In this document: positions 11,381 to 23,688 of the stretch, piece after piece
Position numbering within the stretch: position 1 is the first letter of the stretch
Layout: every line of letters begins with the position of its first letter
Assembly: GCF_006345805.1 (NCBI RefSeq)
Contig: NC_043006.1
Coordinates: forward strand, 41,912,001-41,976,000
From: Octopus sinensis
Lineage: Eukaryota
Reading direction: 5' to 3'
DNA: 64,000 bases
The notes under the pieces: generated by a model
Database searches by the model: none
What the model saw: the letters and a program-made list of their open reading frames with translations, nothing else
What the model was told of the DNA's origin: nothing
Made by a program: the position numbers and the translations under genes

Positions 11381-12610
11381 ATGACTAACTTGCAGGCCTG
11401 CAACAGACGAAATTGGTCTGATAACGAAATTGATGTTTTAATAAACACATGGCTCTCTCTTTCCCAAACAGAAAATCTAAATGTCTTGTGTTTGAATGAG
11501 ATTGCCGAAAAAACATCACAAGTGGTCAACACACGATCCGTCAAACAGATTCGTAGCAAGTTGAAACATATCGAAGTATCTTTCAAACTGATAAGAGCCA
11601 TTATGAAAAGCTTCTACATATTTTCACAGTTCAAGAACACACAACAGCTAGAAAATCAGCAGCCACAACAACAACAACAACAGAATGAGCCACTCCTGGT
11701 TCCCAACACAATGGCTGACCCTGACATCGGTCAGGCACAACAACAACAACAACAGCCACAGCAACAAGAACAACAACAGCCACTCCTCAACTCTAGCTTA
11801 CTAGACGATTCACTAAATGCCAGTATCTTTTCACCGCTCTCACAGCAACCACACACAATTATCATCATCATCATCACCACCGCTGCCACCATCGTCTTCT
11901 ATCACCAAAAATACCAACAGAAAACCAAATAAGAAACCACTGCCCTCTCCCCCACATCACCACCTCAATACTACTGCAGTAACAAAAACTTAAAGAAACA
12001 TAGGAAGCAGAATGCGCCCCCACGGCACAAACAAGAAATCCCCAAATATGCCGCTATTCACTGCGCCAGAGACTCTGCACAAATAGTGACTGCATCTTCA
12101 CGCATCTACCCGGCACTAGACGCACTACTGGCCAAGGCCAAAGCACGCATCCCACAATAACATCAACACCACCAAATAGTAAATCGAAATTCAAAACACA
12201 CACAACTCGGAGTCCCAAAATCTGCCGGTATTCCCAACGTGAGAGAACATGTCTACTGAGTGACTGTCCCTTCACTCATCTTCCAGGGACCCGACCACAA
12301 CAGAAACGGGGCCTCAAGCCAACACACAACCTGAATAACAATAAAAATAGAAAACACACCATGCGGCAGTAATGCTGGTCCAGTCTTTTCAGGAAGACAC
12401 AAAAAACAACAACAACAAAAGTGGAAACTACAACCCTATCCAACAGTGTGCAACCACACCTCCAGCCAAAAACTGCTCCCTAAGCAGGAAAATTCTTTTT
12501 TAGCCATGTTGAACATGGCAAAAGAGATACACAAAAACATTCTAGCCATCACTCAACACCATCCTATGCTATTACCCCAGTGCACCAATTCCCCACATTG
12601 CTGCCACTAA
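11381..12610 (+). pseudogene. LINE ORF1 (frameshifted): Myb/SANT-like domain, polyQ linker, two C-x8-C-x4-C-x3-H zinc fingers
   Basis: RRNWSDNEIDVLINTW...EIAEKT...RSVKQIRSKLKHIEVSFK at 11405-11590. An unannotated open frame at 12004-12372 gives CRYSLRQRLCTNSDCIFTH (12049-12105) and CRYSQRERTCLLSDCPFTH (12223-12279). Confidence 0.75.
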
Positions 12611-15600
12611 CACACACAAAAAATCCAAGCCCCCTGCAACAGTCAAAACCAGCCACTACACTAACCTCCACATTCCTACTCAATGCACAAGGTGTCAGCC
12701 CTTCCATCAATGCACAAAAATGGAAGGTCCAATTCATTGAAGACTGGGTTGGTAACCATTCACACCACATCCCTTTCTTCATTCTCACTGAGACCCACCT
12801 TGACAACTCCCACTTGGAAGCCGAAGTGAGAGTGAAGAATTTCACAACCATCCGCGCGGATCGTATCGGCAGGAGGAAGGGTGGAACTGCCATTTTCCTG
12901 CATGATTCATTACGGCAGATGGAAATAGTATATTCTCCAACGGCTACTGTGAATCAGTCACCGTGCACAACAAAGCCAATGATCTGACAGTAATTGGGCT
13001 CTATAGGCCGCCCCAAACACCCATACTGTGCTTTAAAGAATGCCTCAACAGCATTAAGTGCTTTATTCAACAGTGCCATTCTAGCAACATACTCATGATG
13101 GGAGACTTCAATCTACCCTGTGTTGACTGGACTACAAACTGTTTGAAACCAAGCACTCCCGCCTCAACCGCTGACAAAGAAGCAGCAGAGTCCCTTTTCG
13201 ACTTTACGAATGAGTTTTTCTTGTCCCAACTTGTCCTTGCACCACCAACAAGAATCAGAACTTTGGACTAGTGTTTAGTAACCACACTAACACTATACAT
13301 AACGTTACAGTGGAAAAAAACCCTTCTTTCAGACCATGACATGTTTCTCTGTAACATGAAATTCCACCAGCCGAAAGCTAATCCTAGTGACCTTCCTCCA
13401 GCCCACCCATTTGACAACATGGATCTCCATAAAGCCAACTGGGATGCAATCAGGAACGAGCTATCAAATGTTGACTGGTCCTTTACACATACACACATCT
13501 CCACCAACCATAAAACATCTTGGCAGATCTTTGTAGACACCGTCACAGACATATGTGCAAAACACTCCCCACCAAGACCTGTGAACAAAAAGTGCAGAAT
13601 CCCCCAAAACAGAAAAACCATTATCAGAAAAATAAAAAGAACAAACAAAAAAATTAACAAACTAAAGTACTGCCAACAGCAACACACACATTCGACGGCT
13701 ATCGCACCTGCTTGAATCCAAAAAATATAACCTCCAACAATGCATGAAGTCCCTCATCAATAACCAAAGATCAGCTGAGGAGAAGTGGGCCATTGAAAAA
13801 ATCAAACTCAACCCCAAAGTGTTCTTTTCATTTGCGAGGAAACGCAGGGTCACTGTCTCCACTGTAGGCCCTCTAATTGACGAAACTGGCACTCTCCAAG
13901 ATAATGCCAAATCCATGGCCGAGATACTGCAGAAACAATACTGCTCTGTTTTCAGCAATCCTGATATGGCCGATCTGGGCTGTATCAGTGATGTCAACCC
14001 CCAACACACTATATCGGACATAACGTTTAGTGCCCTGATGTCTTAGCGGCGATAAACGAAATAAAACACAATTCAGCAGTAGGCCCCGATAGGTTCCCTG
14101 CTTGTGTGTCCTGAAGGTGTGTCGACACCAACTTGCATCTCCCCTTGCTAATCTGTGGAGAAACTCACTGGATGCTGGCTATATTCCAAAAAACCTTCTG
14201 TCCCAGTCTGTTGTCCCAGTTTTCAAAAAGGGAAACAAGTCCCTTGCAGTGAATTACCGTCCGATCTCACTCACCTCTCATATCATCAAGGTATTTGAGA
14301 GGGTGGTGAGATCTCAAATAACCCAATTTCTGGAAAGCAACAGGACGGCTGATCTCCAACCAACATGGGTTCCGTAATGGAAGGGACTGCCTAACGCAGC
14401 TCCTGCATCACTTTGAGGACATTTGAGAGCTTTGGGAGAGGGCTCCAACACCGATGTCATCTACCTTGATTTCAGTAAGGCCTTCGACAGGGTCGATCAC
14501 AAGATCCTATTGAAAAAACTATCCAACATTGTGTCTCTGGAAAGTTACTGAAATGGATTAAAGTTTCCTGACAGACAGATCTCAACATGTTGTAGTTGAA
14601 GGGGTAAAATCAAGCCCAGCCAAAGTCAGTAGTGGCGTTCCGCAAGGCACTGTGCTGGGCCCACTTCTTTTCATCATTTACATTAATGACATTAATGACA
14701 TCATCAAGCACAGCAACATAAAAATCTTTGCAGATGACTCCAAGCTACAGAAGGTCATAAATGAGGCGAGTGACCGGACATGCCTTCAGTCAGATCTACT
14801 GGCTGTTATCCAATGGGCAGAAAAAAACAATATGCTGCTGAACGAGGGTAAAATTGAGCTAATCCACTTTGGAAAAGAGGATGCCCTGAAACTCCCATAC
14901 TCCCTTCCTTCAGGTGAAACTCTCGCGGCGTCCAACAACATCAGAGACTTGGGAGTAATTGTGGACAACAACGTAAGCTGGGCCACTCATATAAACACCA
15001 AAGTTGACATGGCCCGCAGAATGTGTTCCTGGATTCTCAGAACTTTCCAGTCGAGAGATATCCACACCATTATCCTTCTCTTCTCCACTTTTGCCCGACC
15101 CCACCTTGAATACTGTTGTCCACGTGGTCTCCCCACACAATACAAGGTATCAAAAAAGTCGAAGCACCTCAAAGGGCAATCACAAAAAAGATAGATGGCA
15201 TGACAGGCCTCGACTATTGGGGTCGACTAGAAAAGCTAAAACTCTATTCTCTCCAACGTCGTCGTGAGCGCTACATCATCTGCATGATGTGGAAAATATT
15301 CCATCAGCATTGCCCAAATGATGTTGGCATCACCTTTAAGGTACATCCAAGGCTTGGGCCCGTGCCATCCGCCCAAAACAAAAATCGCACTCTCATCTCA
15401 TAACAACAATACGGCACAATTATTTCACCTCAATTGGCCCCGCTCTCTTTAACATTACACCAAAACACATTAAAACAGAAACTGACCCTATAGGGTTCAA
15501 GAAGTCTTTGGACAGATTCCTTCAAGAAATCCCGGATAAACCCCCTACACCCGGATATGTCTCTGTAAACAATAACTCTCTACTTGAGTGGGCCATAGTG

Positions 15601-15612
15601 CCCAAATTCTGA
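12580..15612 (+). pseudogene. LINE ORF2 (APE endonuclease + reverse transcriptase), broken by small indels
   Basis: APE motifs LNAQG, LTETHL, RRKGGTAIF, LYRPP, GDFN (13101-13112) and SDH (13329-13337). RT motifs NYRPISLTS, QHGFR, YLDFSKAFD, LGPLLFIIYINDI and FADD (14727-14738). CR1-type C-terminus RPHLEY..WSPH..LYSLQRRRER, with TGA at 15610-15612. Confidence 0.93.
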
Positions 15613-15702
15613 CTTGAAAGACTTCACCAGGTGGTGCTATTAAGTTAGACATGGCCTGGGCCAATAATGGCCGAAACCTATCAAAGTATCAAAGTATCAA
15701 AG

Positions 15703-16191
15703 TATATATATATATATATTTATATATGTGTGTAATATATATGAACATATATGTATGTATATATATATGTATAGATATGTATGTTATATATGTATGTATA
15801 TGTATATATGTATATATATATTAGTATATATATATGTATGTATATATATATGACAATATTATGTATATATATATATATATATATATTATGTATATATAGA
15901 TATGTATATATATATGTATGTATATATATGTTGTATATATATATGAATATATAGTATGCATATGTATATACATATAAGTATATATTTATATATATACATG
16001 CATATATATATATATGTATATAGACATGTATATATATGTGTGTATGTATGTATATATATATTTATATATATATATATATATATATATGTGTTGGTGTATA
16101 TTTAAATATTTATATATATTATATATATACATATCTCTCTCTCTCTATATATATATATATTATATATATTATATATATAGTTGTATATTCA

Positions 16192-16229
<38 letters not shown>

Positions 16230-16400
16230 TATATATATATTACTATATATACCAAGTAGCAGTATATACTTATAGAATATTTTAATAATTTACCTGAAAA
16301 AGGTTTTTTGACGTACTGATTACTTGGCAAAATTATTACTAATAATTAAGGATTAAGGATTAAGGATATAATATATATAATATATATATATATATATAAT
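15703..16400 (+). repeat. Right copy of the ~0.7 kb direct duplication
   Basis: Same ordered microsatellite interruptions as 10381-11040 and the unique block at 16251-16367. Confidence 0.85.
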
Positions 16401-16620
16401 AGATAGATATCTTTCCCTCCTTCTGTGTATGTATGTATTATGTATATATGTAGAGAGAGATACAGACAGACAGACGCATAGTCAGACAGAAACAGAGAGG
16501 AGATTGAGCGAGATGCGTGTTGGTGTATATATCTGTATGCATGTCAGTGCGTATGTGTATTTGTAGAGAAATGGATTAAAGGGAGATGAATAACGACATA
16601 TGCATAAATAGATAGACGGA

Positions 16621-16621
16621 C

Positions 16622-16719
<98 letters not shown>

Positions 16720-16733
16720 GTAGATAGATAGAT
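16621..16733. repeat. (GATA)n microsatellite; similar tracts at ~30356-30476, ~35415-35512, ~41655-41755
   Basis: Direct reading. Confidence 0.95.
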
Positions 16734-17030
16734 AAACAAAAATGTGACTGACTTTGTATATGAATACATAAATATATAGACAAATTACTTTATGCATATA
16801 TGTATATATATATATATATAATATATATATATATATAATATATATATACATTACATTAAGAGAGAGAGAGAATATGCTACGTAGACTTAGGTATGTTTTG
16901 TGCGCATGATTATGTCTTTATGGAGAAGTATGCCTTAAGGTGAGACTGTGAGTGAGTGAAATAGATGAGACAATATTCTTCTATGGTTTCACGATCATAT
17001 CATAATCAATGCTGTATCTATACATTCATC

Positions 17031-17132
<102 letters not shown>

Positions 17133-17783
17133 GGGTATGTCTGTGTGTGTGTATTAATATATATATATGTATATATATGATAACTCTGAAAGAGATTACC
17201 CATTTTTCAGCTTTTGTGACACATGTGTATCATGTAATGCTATCATATTTCTTGTAGCCCCGAGCTATCTCTCTTTCTCTCTGTACCTATTTATCTATCT
17301 ATATCTATATGAATTTTTCTATGGTAAGCATAATTCATTTTCTTATGCTTTTCTAATATATATTGCCATTTATATTGCGGCTTCTGCTGTAAAACATCTA
17401 TGCGCTGAGATACAACTGGAAACCCCGTGACTACTTGTTCGAAGTCGTTATGATACGCTGTTATCGACAATGGCCCTGAGTAAAGCTTGAGTGTTAGACA
17501 TAATTTGCATTCTGTTTTAATACCAACATCTAATCCTTGAAGAATGCCGGTTGACAGAATAGTTAGTATATTGGAAACATTCCCTCCAGTAATTGTTCCA
17601 ATTGTTTATGTTCAATCTCATCAATGTTTAGTATCTTCCAATGTAAAGATGAAATCCGCGAATTCTTCTCGTTCAAAAATGATCCACTGAATAATTATGT
17701 CTTTAAGCTTGCAGTGATTTTTGTTATTCGTTGAACCCAAAATAATGTATGTATATCTGTCTGTCTCTCTGTACGTATGTAGA

Positions 17784-18306
17784 TAGGTAGGTAGGTAGGT
17801 AGGTAGGTAGGTAAGTAGGTGGGTTGGTAGGTAGGTAGGTTGGTAAGTGGGTAGGTAGGTAGGTAGGTAGGTAGGTAGGTAGGTAGGTAGGTAGGTAGGT
17901 AGGTAGGTATATAGGTATATAGATAGATAGATAGATAGGTAGGTAGGTAGGCAGGCAGGCAGGCAGGCAGGTAGGTAAGTATGTAGGAAGGTAGGTAGGT
18001 AGGTAGGTAGGTAGGCAGGTAGGTATGTAGGTAGGTATGTAGGTAGGTAGGTAGGTAGGTAGGTAGGTAGGTAGGTAGGTTGGTTGGTAGGTAGGTAGGC
18101 AGATAGAAAGATTGGTAGGTAGGTAGTTATGCATACATGTAGGTAGGTTGGTAGGTAGGTAGGTAGGCAGGTAGGTTGGTAGGTAGGTAGGCAGGCAGGC
18201 AGGTAGGCAGGTAGGTGGGTAGGTAGGTTGGTAGGTAGGTAGGTAGGTAGGTAGGTAGGTAGGTAGGTAGGTAGGTAGGTAGGTAGGTAGGTAGGTAGGT
18301 AGGTAA
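17784..18306. repeat. ~520-bp (TAGG)n compound microsatellite
   Basis: Direct reading. It is the source of the spurious 200-aa PTYL ORF. Confidence 0.95.
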
Positions 18307-19819
18307 GTAAGTTGGTAGTTATGCATACATTTATATACTGGCTTCGATTTAGTTGTCTACAACGTTATAAAGTCGCTCGAGTGTCAGATCGTTTTGAACA
18401 ATTCTTTGCAGCACGCTGCGTTCTCAGTTCAAGTCCCTGTATCAATTTTGACCTCCACGAATCAGGCAATAAAATAGATATGAAGTATTGAGTTAGGTTT
18501 TCTTTGTTCGGTCTATATTTCTTTCATTTTCTATCTCTGTCCCTTTCTCTTTCTATGTTTGTCTTCCTATCTATTTATCTATGTCTATTTCCACTTCTCA
18601 CTTGGTTTTTCTCTTCGAAATTGGATATGTGGCGTTTCCAGAAGGCCATTACGACTTTTAAGCGATGGAGAACGACTGAGCAATCTCTTGTAATTTGATC
18701 ATGCAACATAAAACAATCAATATATTGTAGTGACTGTGGACTTAACAGTGGACCCTGTTGTTACAAAAATATTCTGGACATTGGCAGCAATTTCCAGGCT
18801 GCATGTTGTGGCAAGCATTCGCGTATATCTGGTCTTATCTCACGTAACCCCACTTTATCTCACCGATCATAGAGGCTCAGAACAGAGACATGGATACTCT
18901 TCTGCTTTTTCTTCTCCTAAAGAAGACATTGAAAGGAGTTTAAGTCTCCTGTCAGTCATTTTATCTTAATGTCAGAAAGAACTTCTTCGAAGTTCAAGCA
19001 GGTCGGGATTTCGTGTACAATTCCGACCGACCACACAAAGCAAACAGAACGAAGATATCCGCAAAATTCTCCAACTCAATCCAGCACGTATCGTTGAAGA
19101 CGTCTGGGAGTTAGACGCAAAATTGGTACGCGAAAGGGGAGATTATAATGTCTCACCTGAACATGAAATACGTTTTCGAAAACCAATAATGAATATTACC
19201 ATTTCTTGTTAGTGATCTGCAAAGCGACATTTTCGTTAATGGCCACACCTATGCTTATATAACACATAGGAAATTTTTAGTAACAAAGAAGATATGATTT
19301 GCACAATCACACGTTGTTACTTGATCATAAGAAAAAAATTCGCCAAAACACAAGTACTACGTCCATTATTTATTATAAATAGTTACAAATCAAATATCAT
19401 AGTGACTATGAGATTGTAATTATGAAGGACTTTCTTCAAGATAGTCTTTCACCATGAGTAAAGAGCACAAACGTCATCTGAATCACAGGTATCTCACAAC
19501 GCACATTCACCTTTCTGCATTCATTTGTGTTCGCCTACTAGTTTGCTGTGAAGTGTTTATGCAACTGAGCGTTAAAAACTGAATGTTGGTAACGCTACGA
19601 TTATGCAGCTATTTAATGTGTGTGCGAGCGTTGAAAGGTTAGCATCGATAGTACTAAACAAGCTACCCATACTTAAGGTATATTTGGCCTGGCGAGTAGC
19701 CGGCATAGTACCCCTCGTTGAGTAATTATCACATCAGAGGATCTGTTAGCTAGGAAGTATATGTAGATTGAATTTTACCTGCTCCATTCCCTCAATTCGA
19801 TTTATATATATATATATAT

Positions 19820-19876
<57 letters not shown>

Positions 19877-20496
19877 TGTATGTATATGTAAATGGAGTTA
19901 AATGCGGGTGTTATTCAAATCATTATACTTCCGACATAAGTTTTGCAGAAAACATTGGTATTATTCCAGAAGGAATAAAATTATGCAAAAACAATGCAAT
20001 CTTCTCATCAGGGGAAAAAGTGTAACAAACTGCATCAATAAGACATTTTCACCGAATGTAGTTATTCATTTAATTATTTATGTTAGACGAAAACATTTCA
20101 CTAAGCCCTGGAACTTCTACCTTTATATGTACGGTGTTACATCCTTGGTACTTATTTGAATTTTTGCTACCTTGGTAACTATTCATATATATTTTCCGTA
20201 TTATTTATACACATTGAAAACATATGGACACACACACATATATATATATATATATATTAATAAATTTCAGGGTAGTAAAATATTATTTACAAATTTTTTA
20301 CCACCAGTGGCCTAGCGTGTAGGAAAACTAGTCAACAGACTATATATTATTCATTATAAATACAATGTATATTTAAACACATAAGAGATGGCCATAACAG
20401 GACATCTAACCCGATAGAAGGAGTAGTCAAAATCCAAACCACTATTAGGGGTAATTTCGAAAGGGAATGAAAAATAAAAACATTTACCATCTATTT

Positions 20497-20529
20497 CGTG
20501 GACCATGGTTTCAAGCTATCTTCAGCAAA
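20497..20529 (-). ncRNA. Minimal hammerhead-like motif
   Basis: The minus strand reads UUUG-CUGAAGA-UAGCUU-GAAA-C(CAUG)G-UC-CACG, with palindromic loop III CAUG and a GUC triplet. Stems I and II are weak. Confidence 0.45.
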
Positions 20530-20540
20530 TAACGTAAATA

Positions 20541-20573
20541 TTTGCTGAAGATAGTTTGAAACCATGGTCCAGG
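20541..20573 (+). ncRNA. Minimal hammerhead-like motif
   Basis: TTTG CTGAAGA(20545-51) TAGTTT GAAA(20558-61) C CATG G TC(20568-69) CAGG. Stem I has 4 bp with two G-U pairs, and stem II is essentially absent. Confidence 0.5.
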
Positions 20574-22935
20574 AAGTAGATGGTAAACGGTTTTATTTTT
20601 CATTCCCTTTCGAAATTGCCCTTAATAGTGGTTTGGATTTTAACTACTCCTGGCGGGTTAGATGTCCTATTATGACCATCTCTTATGTGTCTAAAAGTAC
20701 ACTATACATATACATATATATATATATATATATACATAAATGTGTATATGTGTCTGCTATATGTGTGTGTATGTGTGATGGCATGAATCTTTCTGGGCGT
20801 TTGTCTGTCTTAGACTGTATCTATAACTGATAGTCTTTACGTATAAATGCATTCATACATCAAACATTAATCAGTTATTATTCACTACTATTCACTATAT
20901 CTTCCGCATACATTGTTGATGGGTGTGGTAGGAGCCACAGCAAGAAAAATTATGCAGGCAACTGTTGTGCTGAAAGAAGACAGAGAGAATAATGTTTCGG
21001 GATCAGGCAACGTCCTTTTTATTAGCAGTGAAAAAAAATGAGCTTATTAGGTATTATGTAGTTATACAAATATGCATGACTGGTTCAGAAACTCAATGAG
21101 TTTATATAACTGCATAAAACATTGCTCTAAATATATACGTTGTGAGAGCGAACGACAGAGAGAGAGAGACTCTTCTTTTACGGGATTAATTTCTGCGATT
21201 TGTGACCAAAATACAACAATGAAGGCAAACATTGTTTTGCTGGGTAATTACAATGCAAAGCCTGCAAGTCAAATTAAGTATCACTGAAATGCCAAGTTTC
21301 TATGAACGGCAGAGCTCTTTATATAAATAAATCTTAGCATAAAAAATAAAACCTTTATGGAAATACGCACGCACACACATCCATACATACACATTATATG
21401 CACTTATAAAACGTATATGTATACATATATATACAAATATATATTATATACACATATATATATAATATATACATTTACACTTGTATGCCTGTACATATAT
21501 ATACATACTTAAGTATATGTGAATTATATACATCATATACTCATAAATATATGAAAATATTCATCATATGTGTATGTGTGTGTGTGTATATTATATCAGG
21601 AAATATTCAGTGCATGTATATTAAATTTATGAAAAACCTCGATTACTCTCATCGTGTAGGAGTTGCTGGTATGATACGAAAGTCAACGAAAGTTTTTTTT
21701 TCTTCCGCGATAACTTACTTCTATAAATATACAATAAATTGGGAGAGAATGTTATATTCTAGTCTCAGCTTTAACATTCAGTATTCTCCTTAAGAATACA
21801 TATCTGTACACTGCACATATATAAATATGTATAAGTAATTTGATATACATAATTTACAAAACAGCTACTAACAGTTTCGTGCTTTAGAGATACAATAATT
21901 TGGCAGACTTATATAATGTGCAATGTATCTCTAAGTAATCTTTCAGGCTCAGTGCATATCATTAGATGTATTTAAAAAAAGTTTATCTATGAGAAAACAT
22001 AAGAAAAAAGGAGGAGGTTGATCAAAGTGTAGAATGAGAAGAAGGAAAAGAAAAAATAAGAAAACCAATATTTTCGTCCTCTTTCTCGATAGAAATCATA
22101 TTCAATCTAGCTAGTGTAGAATAATATAACAGAGAGGTAGCCTAAGTCTGTGAGAGTGCTACTCAATCAGGAATGTGTGGTGTCCGATTGTGAAAGGTAA
22201 CTTACTCAAGTGCTTGCATTTGTTTAAAATTTCAAATCTGGAATGATATAGTGTGATACAATTATTGGACCTAAAAAGAATATACGATTGTTCACCTCCG
22301 CATAACTTGATTCTCTTGTAAATATATATATAAATATTTGTTTCTATGTTATAACCAAAACCATTTTTACATTATATGAAAGAATTACTCATTATATTTG
22401 GTAGAGTACAAATGCACTACAAAGTTTCGGCCAGTTAAGACATGATTGGACTATAAATCATTTAAGTTCACCTTGGCTTTAGATACTTCTTGTTAACCTG
22501 AATTTTTCTTGGGTAACCTGAGTTTTGTTGAATTATAATTATTCTGTATGTTATGTGGTGATAGTAAGGGTATATAGACATTTTATTGATAAAATTTGCG
22601 CGAGTGCTAATTGTTAGAATTTATTCATGCATGTATAGCTTTCTAATTAGCTGCTCTCTGATAGAATTTAGTCGTGAAAACCCGTCACGTATATTTGCGT
22701 GTGTCAGTGAGTTTTGTATCTATGTTTGCTCCCCTTCCACGGCTTGACAACGGCGTTGGTTACTTTACCTGCCAGGCAAAAGACAAAATAAGTACCTTTT
22801 TTTTTACCAAAGTATGAATTGGGGTTATTTTGGTTAAGTTTTAAAAAAACAATATTCAAGGCAGCTCCCCGGCACGAACACCGTCCAATGTCTGAAATCA
22901 TATATGTGTGCGTGCCTCTGTGTGTGTGTGTGTGT

Positions 22936-22969
<34 letters not shown>

Positions 22970-23382
22970 TGTGTGTGTGTGTGTGTGTGGATACGTACTG
23001 CAACAGCTGTAATAGTTTGATGATGTAGGATGTGAATTGTCATGATAAATGAGGATTACAATGAGCCTGCTGCCACTATTTTTGCTGTCTGCTGCTAATG
23101 ATGACAAACGACGACGACGACGACGATGACACGAAAGAGGAGCAACAGAAAGACAAAAGGTGCTGATAGAAATATTAAACTCCAATTATAATTTCTTTTC
23201 CGTTTGCTTTCCATAGAAGCCTGACATTGATGTTTGAAGACAAAATAATATATAGATCCTTATTGGTTTTATTGTGCCATAAGATACTATGCCAATTACA
23301 TTTCTTCTTAAATTGAAATTCCAATCAGCAGGGAAAATAAACTTACATATGTATAAATGTATGCATATGATATGATGAAGAT

Positions 23383-23688
23383 CAAAGGTTCTCAACCCGG
23401 GCCGTTTGGTGCTTGAGGGGGGCGTTTTGGTGGGGCACTCTTGTACCATCGTGGTGGAAATAATCACAATTAGCAAACTTTCAATTATTTATTTAATTTA
23501 ATTTTTTTTTTCAATTTGTACATCTGTACTCCCGACTGCGTACAAGCGCGTATGTAACACGATGTTCTTTATTCTTTAATCATGATCTGTTGATATCAAA
23601 ATAAGTAGCATATCGAAAAAAAAACTATTTTCTAAGGTGGTACAAGAGTCAAAAAGGGCCGTTGGCCAAAATGGATTGAGAATATTTT
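23383..23688. mobile_element. hAT (Buster/Charlie-like) MITE with 8-bp TSD
   Basis: Left TIR CAAAGGTTCTCAACC and degenerate right TIR GGATTGAGAATATTTT, with subterminal inverted CTCTTGTACCA/TGGTACAAGAG. Flanks are ATGAAGAT (23375-82) and ATGTAGAT (23689-96), 7/8 identical, and the right one has the central TA typical of this group. Confidence 0.75.

Larger units (their letters stand above)
11056..15702 (+). mobile_element. Near full-length CR1-clade LINE (APE + RT), apparently young
   Basis: Begins GTTAAAG directly after a TA tract and contains ORF1 and ORF2 homology. It ends with a small stem-loop (GGCC-AATAAT-GGCC) and a tandem tail (TATCAAAG)3 at 15679-15702, running into TA repeats. Confidence 0.92.
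20372..20695. mobile_element. ~325-bp fold-back element with divergent hammerhead-like motifs at its centre
   Basis: ACACATAAGAGATGG..ATAA.AGGACATCTAACCCG...AAAATCCAAACCACTATTA.GG..AATTTCGAAAGGGAATGAAAAATAAAA...TTTACCATCTA.TTC.TGGACCATGGTTTCAA.CTATCTTCAGCAAATA is mirrored on the right. The loop is ACGTAAA at about 20532-20538. Confidence 0.82.

Noticed and set aside
11381-11932. Independent host Myb/polyQ transcription-factor gene
   Set aside because: It is intronless, contiguous with LINE ORF1/ORF2 with the same indel pattern, and lies inside the apparent LINE 5' boundary. It was kept as ORF1 and flagged for checking.
15650-15678. GGCC-AATAAT-GGCC-GAAAC as a hammerhead at the LINE 3' end
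   Set aside because: It lacks CUGANGA and the UH site. It is better explained as the 3' stem-loop of a CR1 element.
10381-16400. LTR retrotransposon (direct repeats as LTRs)
   Set aside because: The internal ORF is APE-RT with a CR1 tandem tail. There are no TG..CA ends, PBS, protease or integrase, and the repeats are mostly microsatellite.
20985-21015. Degenerate hammerhead remnants (CCTGAT-CCCGAAAC on the minus strand here, and CTGACG-CCGAAAC at ~2870)
   Set aside because: The core is incomplete and there is no stem support, so they cannot be distinguished from chance.
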